Source: Candidatus Thermofontivivens primus (GTDB lineage Bacteria > Sysuimicrobiota > Sysuimicrobiia > Sysuimicrobiales > Thermofontiviventaceae). Taken from it: 64,000 nt of DNA. A program made the position numbers and the translations under genes. Shown here in pieces: positions 10,262 through 20,740 of this stretch. The notes under the pieces are model-generated. The model saw only the letters and a list, made by a program, of their open reading frames with translations. It did no database searches and had not been told where the DNA came from. Position 1 is the first letter of the stretch. Every line of letters starts with the position of its first letter. The stretch lies in NCBI GenBank assembly GCA_031458695.1, contig JAVKJW010000005.1, positions 32,001 through 96,000 on the forward strand. The letters run 5' to 3'.

Positions 10262-11370
10262 TCAAGTTGCTCCACCTCTCAGATGTCCATCTGGGGGCGC
10301 GGTTCCAGATGCTGGGTGAGCGAGGACGAGAACATCGTCGCCAGCTGCAGGAGACCTTCGCTAGGGCCATTGGGATAGCGTGCGAGGAGCCCGTGGACCT
10401 TGTCCTCATCGCTGGCGACCTGTTCGATTCCCCCCACCAGTCAGAATCCACCATCTCCTTTGTGCGCGAACAGTTTCGCCGCCTGGAGGCGAGGGGAATC
10501 CCGTTGTGTCTGATTGCCGGGAACCATGACCCTTTCGAAGAGGGGGGCGTCTACGCGGTCGGACGATTCGAGCAGTGCAGCAACGTCACCCTGTTTGGGA
10601 CCACCCCGGGAAGCAAGGTATTCTCCCAGCTCGACCTCACTGTGTTCGGGAGCTCCCCATCCCCTGGCTCTGGCCGCAGCCCGCTCGCAGGCTGGAAGGT
10701 AGAACGGCAAACGCGCTTTGCTGTGGGCTTGGTCCATGGGAGCATCTACCGTTCAGGGCAAGTGGAAGGCCCAGCGACAATCCACCCCGAGGAAATCCGG
10801 GGTCTCGGGCTCGACTATCTTGCGCTTGGCGACTGGCACTCTTGCCAGCGGGTCCTGGGGCCGCCCACCACTGCTTGGTACTCAGGTTCCCCTGAGTTCT
10901 TAAGCCTCGACCAGGAGGGGGCGGGCCATGTTCTTTTGGTGACACTGGAGGAGCCTGGCTCTGTGCACGTCCGGCCTGTTCGTGTGGGTCGAAGGTCCTA
11001 CAAAAAAATTGAACTCGAGATCTCCGCCCTCCCTGTGGAGGAGATCAAGGCCCGGATCCTCCAGGAGGCAGATCCTGATCTCATCATGGACGTGATCCTC
11101 AAGGGGTTCATCCAGCCCGGGATCTCTATTTCAGCAGCGGAACTGGAAGAGGATCTGGGTGGGCATTTCTTCCGCTTGCGTGTGCGCAACGAGAGTTCCC
11201 TTCGGCTGGAGGACTTGGACGAGCAGGACTTCCCCGAAGGAACCGTTCTGGGGAGGTTCGTTCGCTTAATGCGAAAGAGAATGGAGGAACTAGACCCTGC
11301 AGAGCGTCCCCTCCTTGAGGAGGCACTCCAGCTTGGGGTGGGACTTTTGCAGGGGAGGGAGGTCCTCTAG
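10258..11370 (+). CDS. SbcD/Mre11-like (YhaO-type) DNA repair metallophosphoesterase
   Basis: SDVHLG, AGDLFD, GNHD, LGDWH and YSGSPE motifs. Confidence 0.88.
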   Translation: MIKLLHLSDVHLGARFQMLGERGREHRRQLQETFARAIGIACEEPVDLVLIAGDLFDSPHQSESTISFVREQFRRLEARGIPLCLIAGNHDPFEEGGVYAVGRFEQCSNVTLFGTTPGSKVFSQLDLTVFGSSPSPGSGRSPLAGWKVERQTRFAVGLVHGSIYRSGQVEGPATIHPEEIRGLGLDYLALGDWHSCQRVLGPPTTAWYSGSPEFLSLDQEGAGHVLLVTLEEPGSVHVRPVRVGRRSYKKIELEISALPVEEIKARILQEADPDLIMDVILKGFIQPGISISAAELEEDLGGHFFRLRVRNESSLRLEDLDEQDFPEGTVLGRFVRLMRKRMEELDPAERPLLEEALQLGVGLLQGREVL

Positions 11371-13535
11371 TGCGCCTTCGTCGCCTTCGAGTACGACGCT
11401 TTCGTCGCCTGCGGGGCTTGGAGATCACCTTCCATCCAGGTCTCAACGTCATCGTCGGCCCGAACGAGGCAGGCAAGTCCACTCTCCGCGAGGCGATCAT
11501 CATGGCTCTGTATGGGAACGCCGCGACGACCTCCCAGGCAATCCGGGAAAGCACCCGCTCCTGGGGCTCGGATCGTCCTGCGGTCCTTGAGCTGGAATTT
11601 GAGGCGGACGGGGAGGTCTACACCCTGGGCAAGGATTTCCACGGACGCAAGGTCTTCTTGCGCGACAGCAAGGGGAACAACTGGGAGGGACACGCGCGGA
11701 TCCAGAGGGAGATCGGGACTCTTCTTGGGTTTCCCAACGAAAATCTCTATCGGTCCACTGCGCATGTGGCCCAGGCAGAGCTTGACCGGCTATCCACTGA
11801 CACCCCGGATATCGCCAAGGAGCTTTCCAGGATCATCACCGGTGGAGGACAGGATGCGAACGTGGTAACGGTCCTTCACCGGCTTGAGCAAGCGATCGAA
11901 GCCCAACGGAAGGGGCTCCAGCGGTACGCCAAAGATCCGGGGCCTATTAAGCGACTGGAGAACATTGTGACTTCCCTCGAGGGGCGGCGGGCGGAACTTC
12001 TCCAGAAGGCCCAACAGGCCATCCAGAGCCGCAAGGAGATTATCGAGGTGAGCAAAGAGCTTGAACGGGCTGCAACCACACTGACCATCAAAGACAACCT
12101 TCTCAAGGTGAACCAAGAGCTCATGCGCGTTGAGAACCGCCTGCAGGAACTCAAAACACAGGAATCTCAGTTGGGAGACCGGATAAGGAAAATTCACCAA
12201 AACATCCTCAAACTTTCACAGATCAAAGAGGAGATTGCTGCGCTCATTGGGGAGGGAGAGGTTCCAGACGAGGAGACGATGCACAAGCTCCGGGAAACCT
12301 ACGCTTTTTATTCCGGCGCAGCATCGCGTGCCGAACGCCTAGCCGAAGAAGTAAGGGCAATGGAGGGAAGCCTCGCTCAGTTCCCGCGATTCGCCGGGCG
12401 GGCCGTTTCCGCTCTTCTCACCCTCGCGACAGTGAGCCTCATCGCTAGCATGGTCCTCTCCGCGTGGAGGGGGATCGTGTGGGGGGGTCTTACGGCCCTG
12501 CCAGGGGTCCTCTTTCTCCTTTTCGCTTACAATTTCTGGAAAATGGAGGAGGCGCGACGCATCGAGGAAGATCGGCTGGAAGCCCGGCGAAAAGAGCTGG
12601 AGGTCGCGCGCAGGGATGCTGGCAAGTTCGAGGAGGAAATGCGCCAATTGCTCAAGGAACTGAGGTGCAATAGCCTGGAGGAGGCCACTCGCCGGTATGA
12701 GCATTACCAACGCCTTGTCGGGGAGCAAAGAGCCCTTGCGCAGTCCCTCCAAGACCTCCAGGGGGATCAGACGGTAGAGACCTTGCAAGAACAGTATCAG
12801 GATATCCAGCGGGAGATCTTCGTGCGAACGGAATACTTGAAGAACCCAGAGGTAGCGGCGAAGCGCCTTCTCCCCCTCGAAGTGCAACACCTAGAGGAAG
12901 AGGTGGAACGTCTCAGAACCCAGGTGCGTCAGCTCGAGCAGAGGAAGCAACGGCTTGAGTGGGAGATTGAGCATTACTCCCCCGCCCTCGAGGAGCTCAA
13001 GGAGGTTGAGGAGCAGCTCGACGAGAGCAAGGAGCGCCTCCAGCTGGAGAGGAATCGCCTGCGCGTCTACGAAATGGCCTATGAAGTGCTACGGGAAGCG
13101 CACCAGCAGGTTATGGTCCCTGCCCGGGAGGTGGTCAGCTCCCTGGCAGGGGAATACCTCAAGGTCCTCACGGGAGGACGCTACCATCGCGTGCGCATGG
13201 CCGAGGATTCCCTCCAGGTGGAGGTCTGGGTGGACGAGGCGCAACGGTGGATCGCCCCCAAAGAGCCAGAATTTAGTCGTGGGGCCATCGATCAAGTCTA
13301 CCTTGCGACCCGCCTCGCGCTCGTCGAAGTCCTTGCCCAGGGGAAATCCCCGCCCCTTGTGCTGGACGACCCCTTCGTCCACTTCGACGAGGAGCGGCTC
13401 CAGGCTGCCATAGACCTGATCAGGCGGCTTTCCTCCCGTTACCAAGTGCTGCTGTTCACGTGTAGGCGAGAGTACAGCAAGTATGCCGACCACCTCATTC
13501 ACATTGACACCCTCTCGGGGATAGGGATACAATAG
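11370..13535 (+). CDS. Rad50/SMC-like ATPase (YhaN/SbcE-type) with a central transmembrane hairpin
   Basis: Walker A GPNEAGKS, signature FSRGAIDQ, Walker B LVLDDPF, long coiled coils, and two hydrophobic helices at about 12402-12539. Confidence 0.85.
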   Translation: MRLRRLRVRRFRRLRGLEITFHPGLNVIVGPNEAGKSTLREAIIMALYGNAATTSQAIRESTRSWGSDRPAVLELEFEADGEVYTLGKDFHGRKVFLRDSKGNNWEGHARIQREIGTLLGFPNENLYRSTAHVAQAELDRLSTDTPDIAKELSRIITGGGQDANVVTVLHRLEQAIEAQRKGLQRYAKDPGPIKRLENIVTSLEGRRAELLQKAQQAIQSRKEIIEVSKELERAATTLTIKDNLLKVNQELMRVENRLQELKTQESQLGDRIRKIHQNILKLSQIKEEIAALIGEGEVPDEETMHKLRETYAFYSGAASRAERLAEEVRAMEGSLAQFPRFAGRAVSALLTLATVSLIASMVLSAWRGIVWGGLTALPGVLFLLFAYNFWKMEEARRIEEDRLEARRKELEVARRDAGKFEEEMRQLLKELRCNSLEEATRRYEHYQRLVGEQRALAQSLQDLQGDQTVETLQEQYQDIQREIFVRTEYLKNPEVAAKRLLPLEVQHLEEEVERLRTQVRQLEQRKQRLEWEIEHYSPALEELKEVEEQLDESKERLQLERNRLRVYEMAYEVLREAHQQVMVPAREVVSSLAGEYLKVLTGGRYHRVRMAEDSLQVEVWVDEAQRWIAPKEPEFSRGAIDQVYLATRLALVEVLAQGKSPPLVLDDPFVHFDEERLQAAIDLIRRLSSRYQVLLFTCRREYSKYADHLIHIDTLSGIGIQ
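13504..13533 (+). promoter_or_regulatory. sigma70-type promoter for rny and its leader (TTGACA-18 bp-TACAAT)
   Basis: Near-consensus boxes within the last codons of the upstream gene. Confidence 0.65.
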
Positions 13536-13559
13536 CCTAAGGTGCACCGGACTCGTCTT

Positions 13560-13707
13560 CCCTGAGGGCCTGTGGGAATCCCGCCAGGGAGCTGCAGGAG
13601 AACTGCACTGGACGATGCACCAGCAAGGAAATCCTGAGACCCCCTTGCTTGAGAGTGAGGTGGGCTGTCAGGAGCGACGTACCTGAAGGGGCCCGCACAT
13701 CTCTGGG
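13560..13707 (+). ncRNA. Candidate structured RNA in the rny 5' leader
   Basis: Nested complementary segments that can form a multi-branched fold (see findings). Family not recognised. Confidence 0.5.
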
Positions 13708-13760
13708 CCTATCAAAATCTCCAGGGGGCTCCCCTGGGGTACACAAGGAGGTGAACAGCC

Positions 13761-15305
13761 ATCGACCCCGCGTTGGTTTCCTACGCGATCGCGGCCGGGC
13801 TGGGGTTGGTTGGATTCCTCCTTGGATACCTCCTGCGCAGGTTCGTCGCCGAGGCGAAGATTAAATCAGCGGAAGAAGCTGCCCGCCGGATACTCGAGGA
13901 TGCAAAGAAGGAAGCGGAGGCAAAGAAACGTGAAGCGATCCTCGAAGCGAAGGATGAGGCATACCGGATCAAGCGGGAAGCTGAACGGGAGATCCGCGAG
14001 CAACGGGCAGAGATTCAGCGTCTCGAGCGACGTATTGTGCAACGCGAGGAATCCTTGGACCGCAAGGCGGAAGCCTTGGAGCGTCGAGAGCGTGCCCTCA
14101 TCCAGAGAGAGCAGGAGGTTTCAAAGGCCAGGGAGGAGGTAGAAGCGCTTCGGAGGGAGCACCGCCTTGAGCTTGAGCGCATCGCAGGTCTAACCTCAGA
14201 AGAGGCCAAAGAGCAACTGCTGCGCGAGATCGAGGCGGAGGTTCGCCACGAGGCGGCCCAGCTCATCAAGAAAGTGGAGGAGCAGGCAAGGGCAGAAGCC
14301 GACCGCCTTGCCAAGGAGATCATTGCCCTTGCCATTCAGCGGTGTGCTGCCGACCACACCGCCGAGGTTACTGTATCGGTGGTCCCCCTGCCCAACGAGG
14401 ATATGAAGGGAAGGATCATCGGTCGTGAGGGGCGGAACATTCGTACTCTGGAGACCCTCACAGGTGTGGACCTGATCATCGACGATACCCCAGAAGCGGT
14501 GACCATTTCCTCCTTTGATCCCATCCGCCGGGAGATCGCCAAGATCACCTTGGAAAAACTCATTGCCGATGGGCGGATCCACCCAGCGCGCATCGAGGAG
14601 ATGGTGGAGAAGGCGCAGCGGGAACTCGAGGCCAGGATCCGGGAGGAAGGGGAGCGTGCCGCATTTGAGGCGGGGGTCCACGGCTTGCATCCCGAGGAGA
14701 TCAAGTTGCTTGGGCGCCTCCGGTTCCGGTACAGCTACGGTCAGAACCTCCTCCAGCACTCCGTGGAGGTCGCGCTCCTGGCCGGGCTCATGGCCTCCCA
14801 CCTGGGTGCTAATGTAGCCCTGGCAAAACGCGCAGGGCTGCTCCACGACATTGGGAAGGCCCTCACCCACGAGGTAGAAGGGACACACAGCGCCATCGGG
14901 ATAGACATTGCCAAACGCTACCACGAGCCCCCGGAGGTTCTGAACGCCATCGCCTACCACCATGGCGAGGAGGAGGCCAAGTGCATCGAGGCGATCCTCG
15001 TCGCTGCTGCTGATGCCATCTCTGCCAGCAGGCCAGGCGCCAGGAAGGAGACTGTGGAGATGTACCTGAAACGCCTGGAGAACCTGGAACGCTTGGCGAG
15101 TTCCTTCGATGGTGTGGAGAAGGCATACGCTATCCAGGCTGGTCGGGAGGTCCGGGTGATTGTCAGACCCCAGGAGGTGGATGACAGCGGCGCAGTTCTT
15201 CTGGCACGCCAGATCGCCAAGAAGATCGAAGAAGAACTGGAGTACCCCGGTCAGATCAAAGTTACCGTCCTGAGGGAGACGCGTGTGGTGGAGTACGCAA
15301 AGTGA
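13761..15305 (+). CDS. rny: Ribonuclease Y
   Basis: N-terminal TM helix, coiled coil, KH domain ([14 protein letters not shown]) and HD domain (LLHDIGK). Start probably ATC 13761; alternative TTG 13773. Confidence 0.97.
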   Translation: MDPALVSYAIAAGLGLVGFLLGYLLRRFVAEAKIKSAEEAARRILEDAKKEAEAKKREAILEAKDEAYRIKREAEREIREQRAEIQRLERRIVQREESLDRKAEALERRERALIQREQEVSKAREEVEALRREHRLELERIAGLTSEEAKEQLLREIEAEVRHEAAQLIKKVEEQARAEADRLAKEIIALAIQRCAADHTAEVTVSVVPLPNEDMKGRIIGREGRNIRTLETLTGVDLIIDDTPEAVTISSFDPIRREIAKITLEKLIADGRIHPARIEEMVEKAQRELEARIREEGERAAFEAGVHGLHPEEIKLLGRLRFRYSYGQNLLQHSVEVALLAGLMASHLGANVALAKRAGLLHDIGKALTHEVEGTHSAIGIDIAKRYHEPPEVLNAIAYHHGEEEAKCIEAILVAAADAISASRPGARKETVEMYLKRLENLERLASSFDGVEKAYAIQAGREVRVIVRPQEVDDSGAVLLARQIAKKIEEELEYPGQIKVTVLRETRVVEYAK

Positions 15306-15327
15306 AACCGGCCGGGGGATCCTCTCT

Positions 15328-16128
15328 ATGAAGGTACTCATGGTTGGCGACATCACCGGCAGGCCCGGGCGAAGGGTTCTTATGCGCTTCCTCCCCCACC
15401 TTCGCCAGAAGTTTGAGGTAGATTTCGTCATCGCCAACGGGGAGAACGCCGCAGGAGGAACCGGGTTGACCAAGGCAACAGTAGAGGAGATCTTTGCATG
15501 TGGCGTTGACGTCATCACAGGGGGGAACCATACTTGGCACCACCGCGAGATCTACGAAGTCCTCAATAGCCACCCTAGGGTCTTGCGGCCGGCAAACTAC
15601 CCTCCTGGGGCCCCTGGACGAGGATCCCTCGTTGCGCAAGGCCCCAGGGGGCAGCGGGTTGGCGTCGTCAACCTCCAAGGCCGGGTGTTTATGCAAGAAC
15701 TCGAGGATCCGTTCCGGGTAGGGCTAGAGGAGGTGGAAAAACTCCGGGAGGAGACTCCCCTGATCTTTGTGGATATCCACGCCGAGGCCACTTCGGAGAA
15801 GATGGCCCTCGCCTGGTTCCTGGATGGCAAGGTCTCTGCCGTCCTTGGCACGCACACCCATGTACAGACGGCTGACGAACGCATCCTTCCAGGGGGGACT
15901 GCTTACATCACCGACGTTGGGATGACAGGGCCGCGGGATGGAATCATCGGTATGGAGAGGGAGGAAGTCATCCAGAGGTTCCTCACCCAGCTCCCCGTGC
16001 GCTTCCAGGTTGCTAAGGGAACAGCCCAGCTTGATGCCGTTCTCGTTGAGGTTGACGAGCAAACTGGGAAGGCTCTTGCCATCCAGCGGATCCATCTGGT
16101 CGAAGGGTTCGGGGAAATGGACCCGTAA
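15328..16128 (+). CDS. ymdB: YmdB-like (TIGR00282) metallophosphoesterase
   Basis: GDITGRPG, NGENAAGG, HAEATSEK and GTHTHVQTAD motifs. Follows rny. Confidence 0.92.
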   Translation: MKVLMVGDITGRPGRRVLMRFLPHLRQKFEVDFVIANGENAAGGTGLTKATVEEIFACGVDVITGGNHTWHHREIYEVLNSHPRVLRPANYPPGAPGRGSLVAQGPRGQRVGVVNLQGRVFMQELEDPFRVGLEEVEKLREETPLIFVDIHAEATSEKMALAWFLDGKVSAVLGTHTHVQTADERILPGGTAYITDVGMTGPRDGIIGMEREEVIQRFLTQLPVRFQVAKGTAQLDAVLVEVDEQTGKALAIQRIHLVEGFGEMDP

Positions 16129-16222
16129 AGAGCGAACTCTTTGTGAATTTTGCCGGGGACCTCAGGATTTCCGAGAAGCCTCCCGCAAGCGGTGAAAGAA
16201 GTTCGCAGAGGTACTCAAGGAG

Positions 16223-17053
16223 ATGCGTGTGGACCTTCACACCCACACCACTGCCTCAGATGGGCTCCTTTCCCCACGAGCCTTGGTGGAGGAGGCTGCC
16301 CGCCTGGGTGTGGCGATCCTCGCAATCACGGATCACGATACGACCGACGGGATCGAGGAAGCACTCGAGGTAGGCAAGGAGCTGCGCGTAGAGGTTATCC
16401 CAGGAGTCGAGATCAATACAGACGTTCAGGGCGCGGAGATCCACGTCCTGGGATACTACATCGACCACAGAAGCGAGTGGTTTCAAGGGACCTTGCGTCG
16501 CCTCCGAGAGAGCCGCCTCGACCGTGCTACCAGGATGCTCGCCAAGCTGGCCAATTTGGGGATCCGCCTGGATCTCCAGCGAGTCCTCGCCCTTGCGCAT
16601 GGGGGATCCGTCGGGAGGCCCCACCTCGCCAGGGCGATGGTAGAAGCTGGCTACGTCTCCACTCCTGAGGAGGCATTCAGGCTGTACCTTGGACGAGGGG
16701 GCCCCGCGTACGTGGAACGGGAGAGATTTACCCCTGAGGAGGCGGTACAGGTCATCCTCCGCGCGGGCGGAGTTCCTGTGCTTGCACACCCGGGTCTGAG
16801 CAACCGGGATGGACTTGTGCCAGATCTCGTCTCCGCTGGCCTCATGGGGATCGAGGTCTACTATCCCGAACACTCCCCTGCGCAAGTGCAGCACTACCTG
16901 GCCCTGGCGAAGAAGCTTGGTCTCCTCACCACAGGGGGTACCGACTTTCACGGAGGCGATCTTGCCCCACGGGTCCAGGTTGGGAGCGTAGAAGTACCTC
17001 TGGAGGTAGTTACATTGCTTAAGGAAAAGGTGAGACTGGTCCGAGGCTCATAG
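16223..17053 (+). CDS. PHP-domain phosphoesterase (TrpH/YciV-like)
   Basis: DLHTHTTASDG, ITDHDT, GRPHLARA, LAHP and GGTDFHG motifs. Confidence 0.9.
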   Translation: MRVDLHTHTTASDGLLSPRALVEEAARLGVAILAITDHDTTDGIEEALEVGKELRVEVIPGVEINTDVQGAEIHVLGYYIDHRSEWFQGTLRRLRESRLDRATRMLAKLANLGIRLDLQRVLALAHGGSVGRPHLARAMVEAGYVSTPEEAFRLYLGRGGPAYVERERFTPEEAVQVILRAGGVPVLAHPGLSNRDGLVPDLVSAGLMGIEVYYPEHSPAQVQHYLALAKKLGLLTTGGTDFHGGDLAPRVQVGSVEVPLEVVTLLKEKVRLVRGS

Positions 17054-17076
17054 ATCTCGAACAGGGAGGCTTAAGG

Positions 17077-17289
17077 ATGCGTTGCCCGAAGTGTGGCACG
17101 GAGAACCCTCCTGGGAAGATCGTGTGCCGGAAGTGCGGCGTTCGCCTGAGGCCGCAGGCAACGTCCCAGGAAAGTGTGATCGGGGAGGAAGTAGTGGTGA
17201 GGTGGGTCCGTAGGGACCTTGGCCAGCTGGTTGTTGTTCTGGTCATCCTCATCACCTGTGGAGCTCTCCTGGGCTTTCTCTTCCGGTAA
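17077..17289 (+). CDS. Small zinc-ribbon membrane protein
   Basis: CPKC...CRKC plus a C-terminal hydrophobic helix. RBS GGAGG upstream. Confidence 0.7.
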   Translation: MRCPKCGTENPPGKIVCRKCGVRLRPQATSQESVIGEEVVVRWVRRDLGQLVVVLVILITCGALLGFLFR

Positions 17290-17315
17290 TGGGGGCAATG
17301 GCCAGGGGAGGGCCC

Positions 17316-18734
17316 ATGGACCCGAAGGCCTCGCTCCGTCAGCTCCCCCAGGTTGAGCGTGTCCTCGCCCATCTGGACGCCGAGGGGTATCTTCTCCGCT
17401 ATCCCCGCGCGCTGGTTGTGGCTTGTGTCCGAGAGGTGCTAGAAAAGAAGCGCCAGATCCTCATGAGGGAAGATCTCCCCACCGTAGATGTCTCCATAGA
17501 GGCCATCCTCCGCGAGGCCCGTGCTCTGATCGCACGAAAAAGCCTACCCTCTCTGCGAAGGGTGATCAATGCCACTGGAGTCATCCTCCACACCAATCTT
17601 GGTCGTGCACCCCTGAGCGAGGCCGCAAGGAGGGCGGTTGCAGAAATGTCCAGCTATTCCACCCTAGAAGTCGGCCTGGAGGGGCGGGGAAGAGGCTCTC
17701 GGCATGCCCACATCGAGTCCCTTCTTGTCCAGGTGACTGGGGCAGAGGCAGGGTTTGCTGTGAACAACAACGCCGCAGCTGTCCTTCTTGTCCTGACGGC
17801 CCTTGCCCAGGGGAAGGAGGTCGTTGTGTCCCGGGGAGAGCTCGTGGAGATCGGAGGGACCTTCCGGATGCCCGATGTCATGGCGGCAAGCGGGGCCAAG
17901 CTCGTGGAGGTGGGAACGACAAACAAGACCTACGTGTGGGATTATGAGCGTGCCATTACCTCCCAAACGGCCCTTCTCCTGAAGGTTCACCGAAGCAACT
18001 TCACTCTCCGGGGATTTGTGCATGAGACCGCCCTCCCAGAGCTCGTCCAACTCGGGAGGCGCGCGGGTATCCCAGTGATGTACGATCTCGGTAGCGGTGC
18101 CCTCCTGGACCTTGGCCGCCGTGGTCTACCCCAGGAACCAACTGTTGGGGAGGCGGTAAAAGCAGGGGTGGATGTGGTGACCTTCAGCGGGGACAAGCTC
18201 TTGGGAGGTCCCCAGGCAGGCTTGATCGTTGGCCGGAAAGAAGTCCTCAGGCGGATCCAATCCCATCCCCTTGCCCGAGCCTTGCGCATCGACAAGCTCA
18301 ACCTTGCTGCTCTCGTAGCAACCCTTCGCCACTACCTTGATCCCGAACGTGCGTGGCAAGAAGTACCCGTCCTACGCATGCTGTCGGCTCCCCAGGAGGA
18401 ACTGGAAAGGCGGGCTCGCCAGCTTTGTGGAAGATTAGAGGAGATCCTCAGGGGAACTGCAGAGACGACTGTGGTAGAGACGGCCGCTGAGGCCGGCGGG
18501 GGCTCCCTCCCTGAAGCCCATCTTCCCTCCTATGCGGTGGCCATCCGTCCCCTTACCGAACCCGTGGAAAAATGGGATCAAAGGTTGCGCTCCCTTCCCC
18601 TCCCCCTCATCGGGGTGATTCGGGAGGATGCCCTCCTCCTTGATGTTCGTACACTTCTCCCCGGTGAGGAGGAGGAAGTGGTCGAGGTATTTCGAACCCT
18701 CCTTACCCCGGATACACGAGAAATCATCACGTGA
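17316..18734 (+). CDS. selA: L-seryl-tRNA(Sec) selenium transferase
   Basis: [35 protein letters not shown] and [13 protein letters not shown] motifs. Start may be 17289. Confidence 0.96.
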   Translation: MDPKASLRQLPQVERVLAHLDAEGYLLRYPRALVVACVREVLEKKRQILMREDLPTVDVSIEAILREARALIARKSLPSLRRVINATGVILHTNLGRAPLSEAARRAVAEMSSYSTLEVGLEGRGRGSRHAHIESLLVQVTGAEAGFAVNNNAAAVLLVLTALAQGKEVVVSRGELVEIGGTFRMPDVMAASGAKLVEVGTTNKTYVWDYERAITSQTALLLKVHRSNFTLRGFVHETALPELVQLGRRAGIPVMYDLGSGALLDLGRRGLPQEPTVGEAVKAGVDVVTFSGDKLLGGPQAGLIVGRKEVLRRIQSHPLARALRIDKLNLAALVATLRHYLDPERAWQEVPVLRMLSAPQEELERRARQLCGRLEEILRGTAETTVVETAAEAGGGSLPEAHLPSYAVAIRPLTEPVEKWDQRLRSLPLPLIGVIREDALLLDVRTLLPGEEEEVVEVFRTLLTPDTREIIT

Positions 18735-18741
18735 AACGGCT

Positions 18742-20688
18742 ATGCGGCAGTTCGTCATTGGTACGGCAGGCCACATCGACCACGGCAAGAGTGCCCTCGT
18801 GAAAGCTCTTACCGGCATGGACCCCGATCGGCTAGAAGAAGAAAAGCGACGGGGGATGACCATTGATCTTGGGTTTGCTTATCTTGACCTCCCAAGCGGG
18901 CGAAGGGTTGGGATCGTGGATGTCCCTGGACACGAGAGACTCATCCGGACGATGCTTGCCGGTGCGACTGGGATCGATCTTGTCCTTTTGGTCGTGGCAA
19001 GCGACGAGGGAGTGATGCCCCAAACGCGGGAACACTTGGACATCCTGCGTTTCCTGCACCCGAGCTGTGGCGTCGTGGTGCTCACTAAGATCGACCTCGT
19101 TGAAGATCATGCTTGGCTCGCCCTCGTCCAAGAAGAAGTTGCTCAGCTGGTGGAGGGGACCTTCCTGCAAGGAATGCCGGTTATCCCTGTCTCCGCCAAG
19201 ACCGGGGAAGGCCTCGACGTGCTCATACGAACCATCGATAAGCTTCTCGACGAGATCCCTCTACACCCCCAGGAGGGCCCTGTCCGTCTCCCTGTAGACA
19301 GGAGTTTCGTCATGCCTGGATTTGGGACTGTGGTCACAGGGACGCTCTGGAGCGGGCGGATCCGGCCGGGAGACGTTCTGGAACTGCTTCCGTCAGGGAA
19401 AGAGGTGCGTGTTCGAGGCATCCAGAGTTATGGGCAGTGGGTGGAGGAGGGAATCGCCGGGACCCGTGTTGCCCTGAACCTCGCGGGAATCTCCAGGGAG
19501 GAGGTCCAACGAGGGGACGTCCTTGTCACCCCTCAAGCCTTTACCCCTGCGACGCTCCTCGACGTGCGCGTCGAGCTTCTTCCTCAAGCACCGCCCGTTG
19601 CCCATATGACCCGCCTGCGCTTCTACCTGGGGACAGCAGAGGCGTTTGGTCGGCTTGCCCTTCTGGACCGGGAGGTCCTTGGTCCCGGGGAGAGCGCTGT
19701 TGGCCAGGTCCGGCTGGAAACCCCTGTTGTGGCAGCACGCGGGGATCCATTTGTCCTTCGACGCTACTCCCCCCTCCAGACCATCGGTGGGGGAAAGGTA
19801 ATCTCCTCCGCTCTCGCGAAGCGCAGGCGAGGGGATTCCTGCGCTCTGGCAGAAATCCTCGCCCTGGAACGAATGGGTGAAGATGAGCTTGCCGAGAGGT
19901 TCACCTGGGAAGCAGGGTATAGGGGGATCACAATGGAAGAACTCTCCCAGCGCCTAGGACTCGCCCTGCCCACGGTCTACGAACTCATCCAGAAAATGTC
20001 CAGCGCGGGGTCAGCGATCCTCCTTGGGAGCAGGATCTTCCATTCGAAGGTTTTGGAAGACCTCAAGGAGGCGATCCTCTCGGCGCTCGCCAGCTACCAC
20101 AGCGAGGCTGCATGGCGAGTGGGGATGCCCCGGGAAGAACTCAAGAAAAGGGTGTTTCGGGGTGGGGATGACCGCCTCTTTTCCCATGCGTTGGAGGACC
20201 TCCAACGGGAAGATCCCCTGGGAGGGCTCTCTGGGGAACCCTCCCAGGGAAAGGTGGCACTTAAAGGTTCGTTGGTCCGCCTCGAGGGTCATCGCCCGGT
20301 GAGAACAGAAGTGGAGGAGAGGTGCCTCCAGCACCTTCTCCGCATCTACGCCGAAGGTCGCTTCACGCCTCCTTCCAAGGAGGAGGCCTTTGCGCTCCTC
20401 CCAGAAGATCGGGCCGTCCTAGAACGCATGTACCAAGCTGCCTTGGACGAGGGCCTCCTTGTCGAAGTCAGACCTGGCATGGCATTCTCCCACCAAGCCC
20501 TGGAGGAGATGAAGATCATCGTCCTCCGGCATATCCAGGAGCATGGAGGGATCACCGTAGGAAACCTCCGTGATCTCCTTGCAACCAGCCGGAGGTATGC
20601 CCTCGCCGTTCTGGAACATTTCGATGCCTTAGGCCTCACGAGGCGCGTAGGAGATCGGCGGATTGCTGCCCACCGTTGGTTGGAGTAA
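18742..20688 (+). CDS. selB: Selenocysteine-specific elongation factor
   Basis: [26 protein letters not shown] and C-terminal winged helix [13 protein letters not shown]. Confidence 0.96.
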   Translation: MRQFVIGTAGHIDHGKSALVKALTGMDPDRLEEEKRRGMTIDLGFAYLDLPSGRRVGIVDVPGHERLIRTMLAGATGIDLVLLVVASDEGVMPQTREHLDILRFLHPSCGVVVLTKIDLVEDHAWLALVQEEVAQLVEGTFLQGMPVIPVSAKTGEGLDVLIRTIDKLLDEIPLHPQEGPVRLPVDRSFVMPGFGTVVTGTLWSGRIRPGDVLELLPSGKEVRVRGIQSYGQWVEEGIAGTRVALNLAGISREEVQRGDVLVTPQAFTPATLLDVRVELLPQAPPVAHMTRLRFYLGTAEAFGRLALLDREVLGPGESAVGQVRLETPVVAARGDPFVLRRYSPLQTIGGGKVISSALAKRRRGDSCALAEILALERMGEDELAERFTWEAGYRGITMEELSQRLGLALPTVYELIQKMSSAGSAILLGSRIFHSKVLEDLKEAILSALASYHSEAAWRVGMPREELKKRVFRGGDDRLFSHALEDLQREDPLGGLSGEPSQGKVALKGSLVRLEGHRPVRTEVEERCLQHLLRIYAEGRFTPPSKEEAFALLPEDRAVLERMYQAALDEGLLVEVRPGMAFSHQALEEMKIIVLRHIQEHGGITVGNLRDLLATSRRYALAVLEHFDALGLTRRVGDRRIAAHRWLE

Positions 20689-20740
20689 ATTCCGCTGGTT
20701 TTTCCAGAAGCCCAGCAAAACTCGATCAAGATTTTGCTGG

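Noticed and set aside
13540..13740. 6S RNA, SRP RNA or cobalamin riboswitch
   Set aside because: The fold is multi-branched rather than rod-like, and the SRP and B12-box consensus sequences are not found by eye. Left unassigned.
14196..15518. Long antisense or alternative-frame ORFs (this one, 42858-44087, 22149-23159, 31446-32597 and others)
   Set aside because: Shadow ORFs of well-supported genes in GC-rich DNA, with no recognisable motifs.
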